Source of the DNA: a virus
Taxonomy: Duplodnaviria; Caudoviricetes
Length of the DNA stretch: 64,000 nt
Reading direction: 5' to 3' (one strand)
IMG/VR virus record: IMGVR_UViG_3300017716_001697
Location: 160,001 to 224,000 of that record
Below the pieces are notes generated by a model. It searched no databases, was not told where the DNA came from, and saw only the letters and a program-made list of their open reading frames with translations. The position numbers and the translations under genes are program-made. Positions 37,764 to 47,631 of the stretch are shown here, piece after piece (the first letter of the stretch is position 1; each line of letters begins with the position of its first letter).

Positions 37764-38003
37764 ATGTCAAGATATACACTAAAAACTTTTTGCAATGATA
37801 AGGTGCTAGAGGTGTTCGAACATCGCAACCCGTCTAAACTCCGGGTAATCTTATCACACGATAGATTCCATCATGCAGGTAAAACAGGCCCATTTGGGGA
37901 ACCATCGGCCCATCCAGACAAATTTATTATTGTTGATTCTCAACGATACAGGCTATTCGAAGGCAGCATTGTCGACGCAATAGCATTCTTAAAGAAATTG
38001 TAA
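37764..38003 (+). CDS. Hypothetical protein
   Basis: 79 aa. Confidence 0.6.
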   Translation: MSRYTLKTFCNDKVLEVFEHRNPSKLRVILSHDRFHHAGKTGPFGEPSAHPDKFIIVDSQRYRLFEGSIVDAIAFLKKL

Positions 38004-38015
38004 ATAAGGTAAACT

Positions 38016-38192
38016 ATGGAAGATATTGACAAGACACATGCTATCTTGGTACACGGATTATGTGAAAGATGTAATATAGAACCGGGGACAGATGTGCATA
38101 CATGCCCGTACTCCGAAGAAATAAATGGTGACTACCTCTCTGAGTGCAATTGTTGTAATGATTGCTGTGGGCAATGTTCAGACGACATTTGA
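38016..38192 (+). CDS. Cys-rich 58-aa protein (below cutoff)
   Basis: CERC...HTCPYSEEINGD...CNCCNDCCGQC. Confidence 0.6.
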   Translation: MEDIDKTHAILVHGLCERCNIEPGTDVHTCPYSEEINGDYLSECNCCNDCCGQCSDDI

Positions 38193-38201
38193 ATTTAGTA
38201 G

Positions 38202-38230
38202 TTGACTAACCATCAGCATTGTATTATAAT
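38202..38230 (+). promoter_or_regulatory. sigma70-type promoter
   Basis: TTGACT-N17-TATAAT. Confidence 0.8.
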
Positions 38231-38253
38231 TACTGTAACACATAGGAGTTTAC

Positions 38254-39453
38254 ATGGCAGACAACAGTCCAGAAGCAGTACTAGAACAACTTACACGAGC
38301 ACGAATTTCGTTGTTGCTCCAACAACCATTTTGGGGCACATTGGCCACACGTCTTATTCTGCGTGACAAGACCGACGACGAATGGTGCAAGACCGCAGCA
38401 ACTGATGGTCGCTATTTTTACTACAATCGCGATTTCATTTCTAAGCTGAACAAGCAGGAATGTATTTTCTTGATGGCACACGAAGTTGAGCATTGCGTGT
38501 ATGATCACATGGATCGTCGTGGTAGCCGCAAGCCTAAATTGTGGAATGCAGCCGCAGACTATGTTATCAACTGGGAGTTGCACGAACATAACATCGGCAA
38601 ATTGCCAGACGCAAAGACATCCGGTGTGCAGGCATGTTTTGATCCAAAGTACAAAGGCATGTTTGCTGAAGAAGTGTACGAATTGTTGATGCAAGACCCG
38701 GACAAACAATATCCGGAATTTGATATTCACCTCGAACCAGGTGATGGCAAGGGCGAACCTATGTCGTCCGAAGAACAACGTGTACTCAGCGACGAAATTC
38801 GTAATGCTGTTATGCAAGCCGCTAAAGGCGCATCCGGTGGTAATGTACCGGCTGGTGTAAAGCGCATGTTGAAGGACTTAACTGATCCACAGATGGATTG
38901 GCGCGAAATCTTGAACATGAAATTGCAGTCCATGGTTAAGTCTGATTTTACATGGGAGCGTTGCTCGCGTAAAATGCAAGCAAGCGGTATCTATCTGCCA
39001 GCAACCAAGAATGATTTCAAGGTTAAAGCAGCAGTGGCAATCGATTGTTCCGGGTCAATGGGCGACGATATGTTGCGTGATTTGCTGTCTGAAACCAAAG
39101 GCATTATGCAACAGTTTATGGACTTTGAACTCGAAGTGTGGTGCTTTGATACAAAGGTGTATAGTTACGAAAAATATACACCAGACAACCTCGATGACAT
39201 TGACAGTTACGAAATCAAGGGTGGTGGCGGCACTGACTTTGTGTGTAACTTCGACTTCATGAAAGAGAAGGGTATCGAACCAGAACGCTTCATTATGATG
39301 ACAGACGGTTATCCATGTGGTAGCTGGGGTGATGAAAATTACTGCGATACGTTGTTCCTGATTCACGGTGATCCTGGTCGCAGGTTAGTAGCACCGTTTG
39401 GTATGACAGCATGGTACGAGCCAGATAGTCATTCTCCTGGTAAGAAAAAATAA
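38254..39453 (+). CDS. Putative metallopeptidase + VWA-like domain protein (MoxR partner)
   Basis: TAATDG, HEVEH (HExxH), LWNAAADYVIN; C-terminal IDCSGSM, GGGGTDF, MTDGY. Confidence 0.88.
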   Translation: MADNSPEAVLEQLTRARISLLLQQPFWGTLATRLILRDKTDDEWCKTAATDGRYFYYNRDFISKLNKQECIFLMAHEVEHCVYDHMDRRGSRKPKLWNAAADYVINWELHEHNIGKLPDAKTSGVQACFDPKYKGMFAEEVYELLMQDPDKQYPEFDIHLEPGDGKGEPMSSEEQRVLSDEIRNAVMQAAKGASGGNVPAGVKRMLKDLTDPQMDWREILNMKLQSMVKSDFTWERCSRKMQASGIYLPATKNDFKVKAAVAIDCSGSMGDDMLRDLLSETKGIMQQFMDFELEVWCFDTKVYSYEKYTPDNLDDIDSYEIKGGGGTDFVCNFDFMKEKGIEPERFIMMTDGYPCGSWGDENYCDTLFLIHGDPGRRLVAPFGMTAWYEPDSHSPGKKK

Positions 39454-39461
39454 GGACTAAT

Positions 39462-39704
39462 ATGAAGAAAGTATTATTGGCACTAGTTGCCGTGGCAATG
39501 TTAGCTGGATGTACACAGCGCACCGAACACGGTGCATGCATTGGTGTCACTGAAGATAAAGATCCTGCACTTACATACAAGGTAAGTGCGTGGAATGTAT
39601 TCTTAGGTATTATCTTTGTCGAGACAATTATTGTGCCGTTGGTTGTGGTATTTGATAATATTCAATGCCCATCCGGCAAGAAAATGTCTGCACCGAAGGA
39701 GTAA
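39462..39704 (+). CDS. Small lipoprotein
   Basis: MKKVLLALVAVAMLAGC lipobox plus TM segment. Confidence 0.7.
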   Translation: MKKVLLALVAVAMLAGCTQRTEHGACIGVTEDKDPALTYKVSAWNVFLGIIFVETIIVPLVVVFDNIQCPSGKKMSAPKE

Positions 39705-39705
39705 G

Positions 39706-39984
39706 ATGAATATATTGTTACCAGTTGACGATCAATTTATTGAGCATGTAGCCAAGGCTGTAGGAAAAGATCGTTTGCACAGGGAGGCAGCGGAAATTCT
39801 ACAGGAGGCTGCTGGGCTCGATATTAATGCCACACCGGCACTTGATGCTAAATTTGATCGTGAATTTGACCGTCTGTGGAAGAGTGACGAAGAAGAGTGC
39901 GTGTGGAATAGAGAACATTACAGGGCCGATGCACGTGCCGCTGTCAACCACATTAATTTTCTTTTACTGACAATGATGACTTGA
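39706..39984 (+). CDS. Hypothetical protein
   Basis: ATG 39706 after AAGGAG. Confidence 0.65.
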   Translation: MNILLPVDDQFIEHVAKAVGKDRLHREAAEILQEAAGLDINATPALDAKFDREFDRLWKSDEEECVWNREHYRADARAAVNHINFLLLTMMT

Positions 39985-40009
39985 GGATAAATACATTAAG
40001 GGCAACTTA

Positions 40010-40279
40010 ATGTATCAAACATCACTCTTCTTTAAATTAAAAGATTCGGTTACTTTAGAAAAACATCGGATACTCGAGATATTTTTTAAATCTTGGGTAG
40101 ACGATGTTTGCAACAATGATGTAGATTACACATTAGTGGATGTTTCAGAGGCGCCGCCTGGATCTTTTCAGTGGGAAGAAACATACCGGGTAGACTTCGA
40201 ATATCTAGAAGATGCTTTAGCATTAAAACTCAGAGATGTTCCTTTAGAATTCAAAAGTTATATAGAAATGGTCCATTAG
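40010..40279 (+). CDS. Hypothetical protein, FKLRW-like motif
   Basis: VDFEYLEDALALKL; GATAAATA at 39986. Confidence 0.55.
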   Translation: MYQTSLFFKLKDSVTLEKHRILEIFFKSWVDDVCNNDVDYTLVDVSEAPPGSFQWEETYRVDFEYLEDALALKLRDVPLEFKSYIEMVH

Positions 40280-40285
40280 GACTGC

Positions 40286-40314
40286 TTGACATACCTTGTT
40301 ATACAGTATATAAT
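40286..40314 (+). promoter_or_regulatory. sigma70-type promoter
   Basis: TTGACA-N17-TATAAT. Confidence 0.8.
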
Positions 40315-40358
40315 GTAGGTACGGATTATAAATCCAAAACAAATAAACATAAATTATC

Positions 40359-40967
40359 ATGGCTGATTGCTTATTACTCAACGCTGACGGAATGCCGTTA
40401 TCCCTTGTCCCACTATCTGTGGTAGACTGGACTGTAGCCATGCGTCTGTTGTTTACAGACAAGGTTAAGGTACTTAAAAGCTACGATGATTGGATTGTAA
40501 GATCACAGCATCTGGAAATGCCGGTACCGTCAATCATCATTATGAGTGAACAAGTCAAGTGGACAAAGACGCTGAAGTACAGCAGAACAAACGTCTATTT
40601 ACGTGATGATTTCACCTGTCAGTTGCAGATCACTAGCAGATGCCGTGACAGGCACGGCAAGTCACATATCGACGAATTAACACTCGATCACGTGGTACCG
40701 AGATCGCACGGTGGTAAGACCGTGTGGAATAACGTCACTACATGCTGCAAGGCATGCAATGGTGAAAAAGGTGACGATAAGACTATTGTGCCAAAGAAGG
40801 TACCAGTCAAACCGACCTATTACCAGATTCTTGCAAAGCGTAAGACTTTACCTATTCATATTAAAGATGAAGATTGGAAATTTTACATACAGTGGCCGGA
40901 ACATTTGGTTAAGGTTGTGCCGCACATGCAGGGCACAAAACCAAAACCATTAACTGATGATGAATAA
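40359..40967 (+). CDS. HNH endonuclease
   Basis: NVYLRDDFTCQ, LTLDHVVPRSHGGKTVWNNVTTCCKACN. Confidence 0.9.
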   Translation: MADCLLLNADGMPLSLVPLSVVDWTVAMRLLFTDKVKVLKSYDDWIVRSQHLEMPVPSIIIMSEQVKWTKTLKYSRTNVYLRDDFTCQLQITSRCRDRHGKSHIDELTLDHVVPRSHGGKTVWNNVTTCCKACNGEKGDDKTIVPKKVPVKPTYYQILAKRKTLPIHIKDEDWKFYIQWPEHLVKVVPHMQGTKPKPLTDDE

Positions 40968-40969
40968 AC

Positions 40970-40995
40970 AAAAGGGCTATATGCCCTTTTGTTTT
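40970..40995 (+). terminator. Intrinsic terminator
   Basis: AAAAGGGC-TATAT-GCCCTTTTGTTTT. Confidence 0.7.
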
Positions 40996-41116
40996 GGCCG
41001 TTTTCTGCATACTTAATGGTTAAAATGTCCAATAAAAGGCCGTATTTTTGTGTACGATGGTAAATAATATTAGCATTTAAACATGTTAACAAACCATTTT
41101 TATACGGAGAATTACA

Positions 41117-41416
41117 ATGGCAAAACCAAACAAGAAACAAGTATCGGCACCAGTTGCAGCACCAGTGACAGAGGCCACAGAGGCACCAACTACTACGCTA
41201 GAACCAGTGCAATTAACAATTGCTGATCTACAGTTGTTGGCTCGCATCATTGACCTAGCTTCGCGTCGTGGCGCATTCCAGGCCGGCGAATTGTCGCAAG
41301 TCGGTGATACATACAACAAGCTGTCTAGCTTCCTTACTTATGTTGAAAGCACACAGGCTAAAGATGCAGCTACTGAAGAAGCTGAATCACCAGCGGTTAC
41401 CGAAACAGCAGCATAA
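41117..41416 (+). CDS. Hypothetical protein
   Basis: GGAG RBS; LTIADLQ...IIDLASRRGAF core. Confidence 0.75.
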   Translation: MAKPNKKQVSAPVAAPVTEATEAPTTTLEPVQLTIADLQLLARIIDLASRRGAFQAGELSQVGDTYNKLSSFLTYVESTQAKDAATEEAESPAVTETAA

Positions 41417-41460
41417 ACATCGGGGGTATTATCCCCCTTTGTTTTCTTAAGGAAAATATC

Positions 41461-42219
41461 ATGGCTTTAGAAAATCTAAAGAAGCACCAAGGGCTTCTTA
41501 AAAATACAGGAGTGCGTGTTGCTGTCGTCTTTAGAAAATTACCTAATGATGATAAGACATGTTTGATTGTCGAAACTGAGAGGCTACCCGATAGCTATCA
41601 TGACTATGTTATGCAAGTCCTTAGTTCACGCGAAGCTTCTGAAACAAACGAATTTTACGAAATTCTTAATCGCAGAACATTCCCAGATGGAACTAACTGC
41701 CTTACATCTTTGCACCAACGCGGATTCTTACGTAGGGAACCTGTTACGAATGTAACAATGGTACCACTACCAGGCCAATCGGTCCCACTAGAACTCATTA
41801 ATGCAACTATTGATAAGAAAGTTGACGAATATGTAGCCCGTCAGAAGGCAGAGAGCGAAGCAGCTAATCCAGTAGCCGATCTTATTGCTAGCACGGTAGC
41901 TAGTGCATCGCCATCTGCCAATGCAGAGTCTATTGCTAAGGGATTAATTGTCCAGGCTGAAATGTTAGAAGCAGATGCTGCTGCAAAGCGTGAAGAAGCA
42001 TACACACTGTATCCTGATTCACGCCCGGGAAGAGGCCGCCCAGCATTGCCAGAAGACACGAAAGCTGTCAAGCTTGAAGAACGTAAGGCAAAGCGTAGAG
42101 AGCGTGATCAACGCAAGGCTGCTGAAGCTAAAGTCGAAAAGAAGGACTCAGCAATCGACGCCAAGGTAAAAGCAAAACTAGTTAGAGATGCATCTCCTAC
42201 TCGTAAGACTGCTATCTAA
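41461..42219 (+). CDS. Hypothetical protein with basic C-terminus
   Basis: 252 aa; AAGGA RBS; GRGRP AT-hook-like motif. Confidence 0.75.
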   Translation: MALENLKKHQGLLKNTGVRVAVVFRKLPNDDKTCLIVETERLPDSYHDYVMQVLSSREASETNEFYEILNRRTFPDGTNCLTSLHQRGFLRREPVTNVTMVPLPGQSVPLELINATIDKKVDEYVARQKAESEAANPVADLIASTVASASPSANAESIAKGLIVQAEMLEADAAAKREEAYTLYPDSRPGRGRPALPEDTKAVKLEERKAKRRERDQRKAAEAKVEKKDSAIDAKVKAKLVRDASPTRKTAI

Positions 42220-42286
42220 CCGTGTTAAGTTAGCCGGTATCATTCCGGCTAACTTACATAAATACTTGTAACTGGGAGATACAAGT

Positions 42287-42619
42287 ATGGCAAAAAAAGT
42301 AACAAGTTTCAGTTTCGATAAAGCTATTAATCGAATAGCACGCCCCTCGGTATTCGATCGCATCGTGAAGGAAATAGATGCAAAAGAAATACCAGCGAAG
42401 TATGTAGAACAGATACTTGTTCAGTATTACGACGGTAATGTTGTTGAGCTAAGTGGTAACGAAATAACACATCCTATCCCAATGAACAGAAATGCGCAAT
42501 GGGCAAAGATGGAAGAATCGTTTAAGCGTATGCGCGATGTGAAAGTCTTTATCAACACAGATGTGTTAGAAGAAGACATAAATGAGTTAGTAGAGAAATA
42601 TCTAGGATCATATTGCTAA
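42287..42619 (+). CDS. Hypothetical protein
   Basis: 110 aa; CATAAATA at 42257. Confidence 0.7.
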   Translation: MAKKVTSFSFDKAINRIARPSVFDRIVKEIDAKEIPAKYVEQILVQYYDGNVVELSGNEITHPIPMNRNAQWAKMEESFKRMRDVKVFINTDVLEEDINELVEKYLGSYC

Positions 42620-43695
42620 TCAGCAAATTTAGACTCCAACCAGGCATAGTTATTAATCAACCCGAGCATATCGGGTTGATTCTTATGTGATGTACCAAAC
42701 ATAACGCCAGCCTTTGCACCAGCGATTGCGAAATCACCAAATTCGCGATCATGCCCTTTTTCACACCATATTGCTAAACGTTCTTCTGTTTCGACATCAA
42801 CGCCGTTAGATATTAGTTTAGCAGACAGTTTAGTGCATTCTCTAAACCCGCTTCTCCAAGCAGAGAATGGGTCAACGTTAAACTTAGTGACATTACTTAC
42901 TTCCGGCATAACTTTGAAATGTGGTGATACCGTTGTAGTGAAATCTATTGGTGCACCAGAATATTCCAGCACCATCTGTCTAGGGAACAGCTTGACACCA
43001 CCATATCCGTAAATAAGATCGTTTACTGGATTTCTGGAATACCATACGTGTGTAGAATCTTCATTATATCCGTTGGGCTTATAATCGAAATTAAACGAAG
43101 GTTCGATTTCTGCGTCTGCATCAACAACAAAGAACATATGTGATTCGGCTTTTCTTGCTGCGGCCTTGTGTGCTTCAAGAATACCCTTAACACCGTGAGA
43201 CCGTTTTGCTAAAGGAAATCTATCCTTTAATTTAGCATAGCTATCATCTGCATTGCTTTCATCAAAACTTATGAATACAATGTCTAGTGGCATGTACTCA
43301 AATATCTTACCATACATTACCTTGATAGGCACATTACCTAATTTCATTTGACTGTCGGTATATTTTTCTGCATCGGCCAACACCAAATCTTTATTAAATA
43401 ATCTAACGTTAGAATTGTTATTCCATAGGTGAACCAATTTACTATCCCAGGCCGGTGGCTTGAATGAGAAATCGAACATAGGGAATTTTATTTCTATGTC
43501 ACTGTTTATGACATAGAAGAATTCAGTAGTACTTAATAACGCCATACGATACAGTTCAGCGGCCGATATTTCATCTGACTCTAACTGTATTTTGGCATTA
43601 AAGAATGTGTGACTACCTATTGCATCTGCTACTCGTTTTAATAGATTGGTATATGTTATGAATACGTGTTGTGACATGATGTTATTATAATGCAT
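42616..43695 (-). CDS. Glycosyltransferase-like protein (GT-A, DxD)
   Basis: DIVFIS, HGVKG...AH, FFVVDADA, YGYGGVKLF; internally duplicated domain; TATAAATA on - strand at 43697-43704. Confidence 0.65.
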   Translation of the reverse strand: MHYNNIMSQHVFITYTNLLKRVADAIGSHTFFNAKIQLESDEISAAELYRMALLSTTEFFYVINSDIEIKFPMFDFSFKPPAWDSKLVHLWNNNSNVRLFNKDLVLADAEKYTDSQMKLGNVPIKVMYGKIFEYMPLDIVFISFDESNADDSYAKLKDRFPLAKRSHGVKGILEAHKAAARKAESHMFFVVDADAEIEPSFNFDYKPNGYNEDSTHVWYSRNPVNDLIYGYGGVKLFPRQMVLEYSGAPIDFTTTVSPHFKVMPEVSNVTKFNVDPFSAWRSGFRECTKLSAKLISNGVDVETEERLAIWCEKGHDREFGDFAIAGAKAGVMFGTSHKNQPDMLGLINNYAWLESKFAD

Positions 43696-43714
43696 TTATT
43701 TATAGTATATCAAG

Positions 43715-43743
43715 TTGACAAGGATCAAAAGTGACATTATAAT
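43715..43743 (+). promoter_or_regulatory. sigma70-type promoter
   Basis: TTGACA-N17-TATAAT. Confidence 0.8.
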
Positions 43744-43750
43744 TTAATGT

Positions 43751-44239
43751 ATGAATATACTTCTTGCCCTTGTCATTGCATTATCGTGTACCACAACATT
43801 TGCTGCCGATAACTGGAAGCTTACTGCGGTATTGGGTAACGATAAACCCGTAGGATATGTGTATCACACATCGTCTATGGGTACGCAGACAAATCCAGTA
43901 AACAAGTCATACAGTGGCCTAAGATTAATATGTTCGTTAAAGGGTGGTGAACCAGTTGTTGCATTATATTGGAACAACGGAATGAACATCCGTGAAGAAA
44001 TTCTGGTCACTGTTATAGCAGATAATAAGGCAACAGTACATCCTACACTCTGGGGCTCAGAGGGGGATCTATTGTTTAGAAATGTTGCTGAATCAAAGGA
44101 ACTGTTAGCATTGATTAAAACCAGTAAGGTTGTAAAATTTCAATGGATGGCAGGTGCTGCATCCCAGTACACAACTGCATTCAATGTGGCAGGTATAAAT
44201 CTTAGTGATTTTAACGCAAAATGTAAGACAGAGTTATAA
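43751..44239 (+). CDS. Secreted/periplasmic protein
   Basis: Signal peptide ending TFA-ADNW. Confidence 0.65.
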   Translation: MNILLALVIALSCTTTFAADNWKLTAVLGNDKPVGYVYHTSSMGTQTNPVNKSYSGLRLICSLKGGEPVVALYWNNGMNIREEILVTVIADNKATVHPTLWGSEGDLLFRNVAESKELLALIKTSKVVKFQWMAGAASQYTTAFNVAGINLSDFNAKCKTEL

Positions 44240-44255
44240 ATAGGGGTATAATATA

Positions 44256-44609
44256 TTGGAGCTCTCTATGAGGCATGGTCTAGTGACAGTTGGCATTTCT
44301 TTGGCAGTTGCAGCAGTTGGCGCAGTGTTGGTACTCAATTGGTTAGTTAACGACGACATCGCTAAGTCGTTTTTAATTCATGCTACTGTCGAGCATAGGC
44401 AGAGTGGCATTGGCGAGATGAATGTTGCATTTGAGGACAACGACATCCTGTTAAATGTCAATCTGACTAGACCAATGTCGTGCTACGATGTTATAGACTT
44501 GTTAGGAGTAGAAGATCTCCCTTTGCGTGGAAGAATCTATGTGCCAACATGCAAGATTGTTAAACCGGAATATGTGGTTATTACATATAAGAAACAGGAT
44601 TTGATGTGA
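44256..44609 (+). CDS. Membrane-anchored hypothetical protein
   Basis: N-terminal TM helix. Confidence 0.6.
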   Translation: MELSMRHGLVTVGISLAVAAVGAVLVLNWLVNDDIAKSFLIHATVEHRQSGIGEMNVAFEDNDILLNVNLTRPMSCYDVIDLLGVEDLPLRGRIYVPTCKIVKPEYVVITYKKQDLM

Positions 44610-44869
44610 ATGAATTTGTATTGGCAGAATTCACATTTACACGCGACGGATTAATTGATGGATATAAACTGTTAGGTGAACTAGGTGATGATTTTGTTCT
44701 TATAGGGTCAGCAATAGACATCGAGGCGTACCCGTCATCTACCTTAATCGTATCTGGTAAGTTAAGTTCCTCTATGGCGACTGTGATTAAATTAGGTAAT
44801 ACGGTGCTGGCCGATGCAATGCATGTCTCGTATATCTCAGACGATTTAAAGAATAAGTATCGGCGATGA
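44606..44869 (+). CDS. Hypothetical protein
   Basis: 87 aa. Confidence 0.55.
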   Translation: MNEFVLAEFTFTRDGLIDGYKLLGELGDDFVLIGSAIDIEAYPSSTLIVSGKLSSSMATVIKLGNTVLADAMHVSYISDDLKNKYRR

Positions 44870-45168
44870 AACATTATTGGTCGTGTTGGTTCACTAAAGA
44901 TGAACTGAAAGCTGCTGGAGCATTTGATATTCATCCTGCATCTTTTTGCGGGTCAGGCCTGGTACCATATCAGCCGTCTGGGTATGAACATAATTGGGTG
45001 TTTAAGGCAGATACAGAGTTCGCCACTTTTGTAAAATTAATGAAAGATAAATCTGTAGCAGAAATATCGAACAAACAATTCATGCTATTATATCGAAACG
45101 AATGTGCTACCATTGGGCGTAGATCAAAAACATTCGATGCATTAAACAGTTGCCACCTAGATTTTTAA
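44866..45168 (+). CDS. Hypothetical protein
   Basis: 100 aa. Confidence 0.5.
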   Translation: MKHYWSCWFTKDELKAAGAFDIHPASFCGSGLVPYQPSGYEHNWVFKADTEFATFVKLMKDKSVAEISNKQFMLLYRNECATIGRRSKTFDALNSCHLDF

Positions 45169-45169
45169 A

Positions 45170-45484
45170 ATGCTATTCTACACTGATGCTGTATACTACA
45201 ACCTATTAGAAAGTATGGGGTGCCTATTTCTGGAACAGGTGAATGTAAAACTCCACGGGTGCTCTACACTAAAGTTATCACGCTGGCCCACAGGGTTTAT
45301 CGTCGAGTCAGATGATCAATTTGACGTATATTGCACTATGATGAAAGGCTTTGCTCCTGCTAAAGTCATGGAGGAGGAATATTACGAACTCGTGGAAAAT
45401 GGCATCGTGTTCCTTAGTAAACCACGCAGTAAAGAATTAAGAGAAGGTGTGCTCAAACTTAGGAACCGGCTAAATAATAGATGA
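45170..45484 (+). CDS. Hypothetical protein
   Basis: 104 aa. Confidence 0.5.
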   Translation: MLFYTDAVYYNLLESMGCLFLEQVNVKLHGCSTLKLSRWPTGFIVESDDQFDVYCTMMKGFAPAKVMEEEYYELVENGIVFLSKPRSKELREGVLKLRNRLNNR

Positions 45485-45867
45485 CTATATCTATTACTGG
45501 CATTATTGCTCTCCCTACAAGCCCTTTTCAGGGCACTGGCATAAACGGAATTGTTATTACACCGGGTGTCCCAAGCTACTTCAAAGTTGAGGGCGCTGAA
45601 TTAGATAAGATAGTTGATGTGAATTGGTACCCTATAGATCCTGCGTCAGTTGAGTTTGAAACACGTAAACTGATATTAATGGGTACCACAGTAGGAACAT
45701 TCATGATTAAGGTAACTAACAATTTCTTATCGACCGCCGATCGTGGTGGGAAGATAAGTTTCCGGTTAGACACAGGGGAAACACTAGCATTTCCTGTTAG
45801 GACATATGGCCCTGTATCCTATCAGCCATTGTGGCAGAGTCCGTACGAAGGCCTAAACACCGGTTGA
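45481..45867 (+). CDS. Hypothetical protein, possibly virion-associated
   Basis: 128 aa, beta-rich T/G/V/P composition; CTAAATA immediately upstream. Confidence 0.55.
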   Translation: MTISITGIIALPTSPFQGTGINGIVITPGVPSYFKVEGAELDKIVDVNWYPIDPASVEFETRKLILMGTTVGTFMIKVTNNFLSTADRGGKISFRLDTGETLAFPVRTYGPVSYQPLWQSPYEGLNTG

Positions 45868-45908
45868 GCATGTTAGCATAACTGTGTATAATTACACAAA
45901 GGATTAAT

Positions 45909-46109
45909 ATGCACTTCGATTTTAAATCATTCTGGGATTCGAGCACTGTAGTTGATCAACAACGCCGTGCAGAAGCAATGGCCAACGGCCTTGTGGCAAT
46001 TGGCTATAGCCCTGCTGAGGCAAAAGCCACAGTAGAAATATTTCAGCAGACTGCGTTCTATGATGGGGAGATGGAAGAGTCGTTCAACAATTGTGGCGAA
46101 GACGCATGA
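45909..46109 (+). CDS. Hypothetical protein
   Basis: 66 aa, AAGGA RBS. Confidence 0.55.
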   Translation: MHFDFKSFWDSSTVVDQQRRAEAMANGLVAIGYSPAEAKATVEIFQQTAFYDGEMEESFNNCGEDA

Positions 46110-46891
46110 ATAGGTTGATTCTTACCTTACTCTGCATGTCAGTTGCTACCAGTGTATATGCACGACAACCAGTAAAGAAGAAAATTAGGGCTGTTGTGGC
46201 AGTGTCGGCATTTACTACAGAAAGTTATCTTATAGCTGATAACCAAGGTCTAATACTTCAGGAACGCGACAGCGACCTGCAACGACCAATCGCGTCAATA
46301 TCAAAATTAATGGTAGGGTTACTAGCATCTGAGCAAGATCTCGATGAACAGTTATTGATACCGAAAAAGCGTACAGTTCAAAGCGGCATTCCTTACCGGC
46401 ATGTTAGCATGTCTCGAAAAGAATTGCTAACACTTGCATTAGTGAAGTCTGATAATTTCGCAGCGCAGATACTCTGTGAAAATTTAGATAACTGTGTTGA
46501 ATTAATGAATTCAAAGGCAACCGAACTAGGCATGACACATACTCGCTATGTTGAGCCTACGGGGCTCAGTAAAGAGAATGTAAGCACAGCATCTGACCTG
46601 CTGAAACTAATGCTCAACGTTGCGTCAAACCAAACAATAACATCATTGTCAAGTCTTGCTAGCGCGGAAATTCTGGTGGGTAAGACTACTATGAGAATTA
46701 GGAATACAAACCCGTTGACCGCAAAATTAGACGTATTTTTGTCTAAGACAGGTTTCACCAACCCTGCTGGCGGGTGTTTAGTTATGGCTGTAAATTCGCC
46801 GATTGGGCAACGATTTTTAGTGTTACTAGGCAGTCGCAATGCACATACTCGTATCCCGTCTATGGAAAAATTGTACAAAGAGATGATCTAA
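46106..46891 (+). CDS. Serine D-Ala-D-Ala peptidase (peptidase S11, PBP5/PBP7-like)
   Basis: Signal peptide; intact SxxK (SISK), SxN (SDN), KTG triad; EPTGL. Confidence 0.9.
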   Translation: MNRLILTLLCMSVATSVYARQPVKKKIRAVVAVSAFTTESYLIADNQGLILQERDSDLQRPIASISKLMVGLLASEQDLDEQLLIPKKRTVQSGIPYRHVSMSRKELLTLALVKSDNFAAQILCENLDNCVELMNSKATELGMTHTRYVEPTGLSKENVSTASDLLKLMLNVASNQTITSLSSLASAEILVGKTTMRIRNTNPLTAKLDVFLSKTGFTNPAGGCLVMAVNSPIGQRFLVLLGSRNAHTRIPSMEKLYKEMI

Positions 46892-46931
46892 ACTCGGTTG
46901 ATATAATTACGATTATAGTGTATAATATATT

Positions 46932-47150
46932 ATGATTACGCTAATATACATGGTAGAGCCAGAGAAAGAATTAGCTGAGCGAGCTTGGCTGAAAGAACTG
47001 AAGATTTATCCTTCTACCCAAAAATATTATGATCCAACACACGACTACAAATTAATGACTAGATTTGCAGCCATTGTTTCGCCGGATGCTGCCGTAACAA
47101 TAAAGTTACGTCATCCACTGCAATTCCAGGGCGAGTACAAGCCGCGATGA
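46932..47150 (+). CDS. Hypothetical protein, weak FKLRW-like motif
   Basis: IVSPDAAVTIKLRHP. Confidence 0.55.
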   Translation: MITLIYMVEPEKELAERAWLKELKIYPSTQKYYDPTHDYKLMTRFAAIVSPDAAVTIKLRHPLQFQGEYKPR

Positions 47151-47371
47151 TAGCACTTACATTATATGTAGATGAATATGAAGATCAACAACCATACATA
47201 GATTATGTGAAAGGGCTGGCAGGGGTAACATTCAGGCCATTCAGTCCTGTGTATGTATACGGCGAAGATGAGCCGTTAGGGTTCACGATGATAATTTTTG
47301 CGATAGATGATGAAGTAGCAACAATGCTATCATTGAGATACGGTGACAAGATTGAAACAAGGTCAGCATAA
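47147..47371 (+). CDS. Hypothetical protein, weak FKLRW-like motif
   Basis: FAIDDEVATMLSLRYG. Confidence 0.55.
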   Translation: MIALTLYVDEYEDQQPYIDYVKGLAGVTFRPFSPVYVYGEDEPLGFTMIIFAIDDEVATMLSLRYGDKIETRSA

Positions 47372-47384
47372 ACAAAATAACAAA

Positions 47385-47630
47385 ATGGTAAAGAACTATT
47401 ATATCAGAGTTGATCGAGAGATATTACCTGCATTCTTTGATTTCTGTGCTAGGACAAAATTAGAAGAGCATCACCACTCGACAGGGTTTGTTACAAAGCA
47501 TGCAGGCACTACTTTATTCAGATTGACAATGACTGAATCAGATAGAACAGCAATGGCACTGGCGGTTCCGGTAAGTATAATGCTTGATCCGAACAGCGAC
47601 CGAAATATTAAACAACCCGTAGGAGCATAA
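47385..47630 (+). CDS. Hypothetical protein
   Basis: ATG 47385. Confidence 0.5.
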   Translation: MVKNYYIRVDREILPAFFDFCARTKLEEHHHSTGFVTKHAGTTLFRLTMTESDRTAMALAVPVSIMLDPNSDRNIKQPVGA

Positions 47631-47631
47631 G

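Noticed and set aside
42655-42681. Hairpin AATCAACCCGA-GCATA-TCGGGTTGATT as an extra ncRNA module
   Set aside because: Lies inside the 3' end of ORF 42616 where convergent transcripts meet; better explained as a terminator-like element and unrelated to the CCATAT helix.
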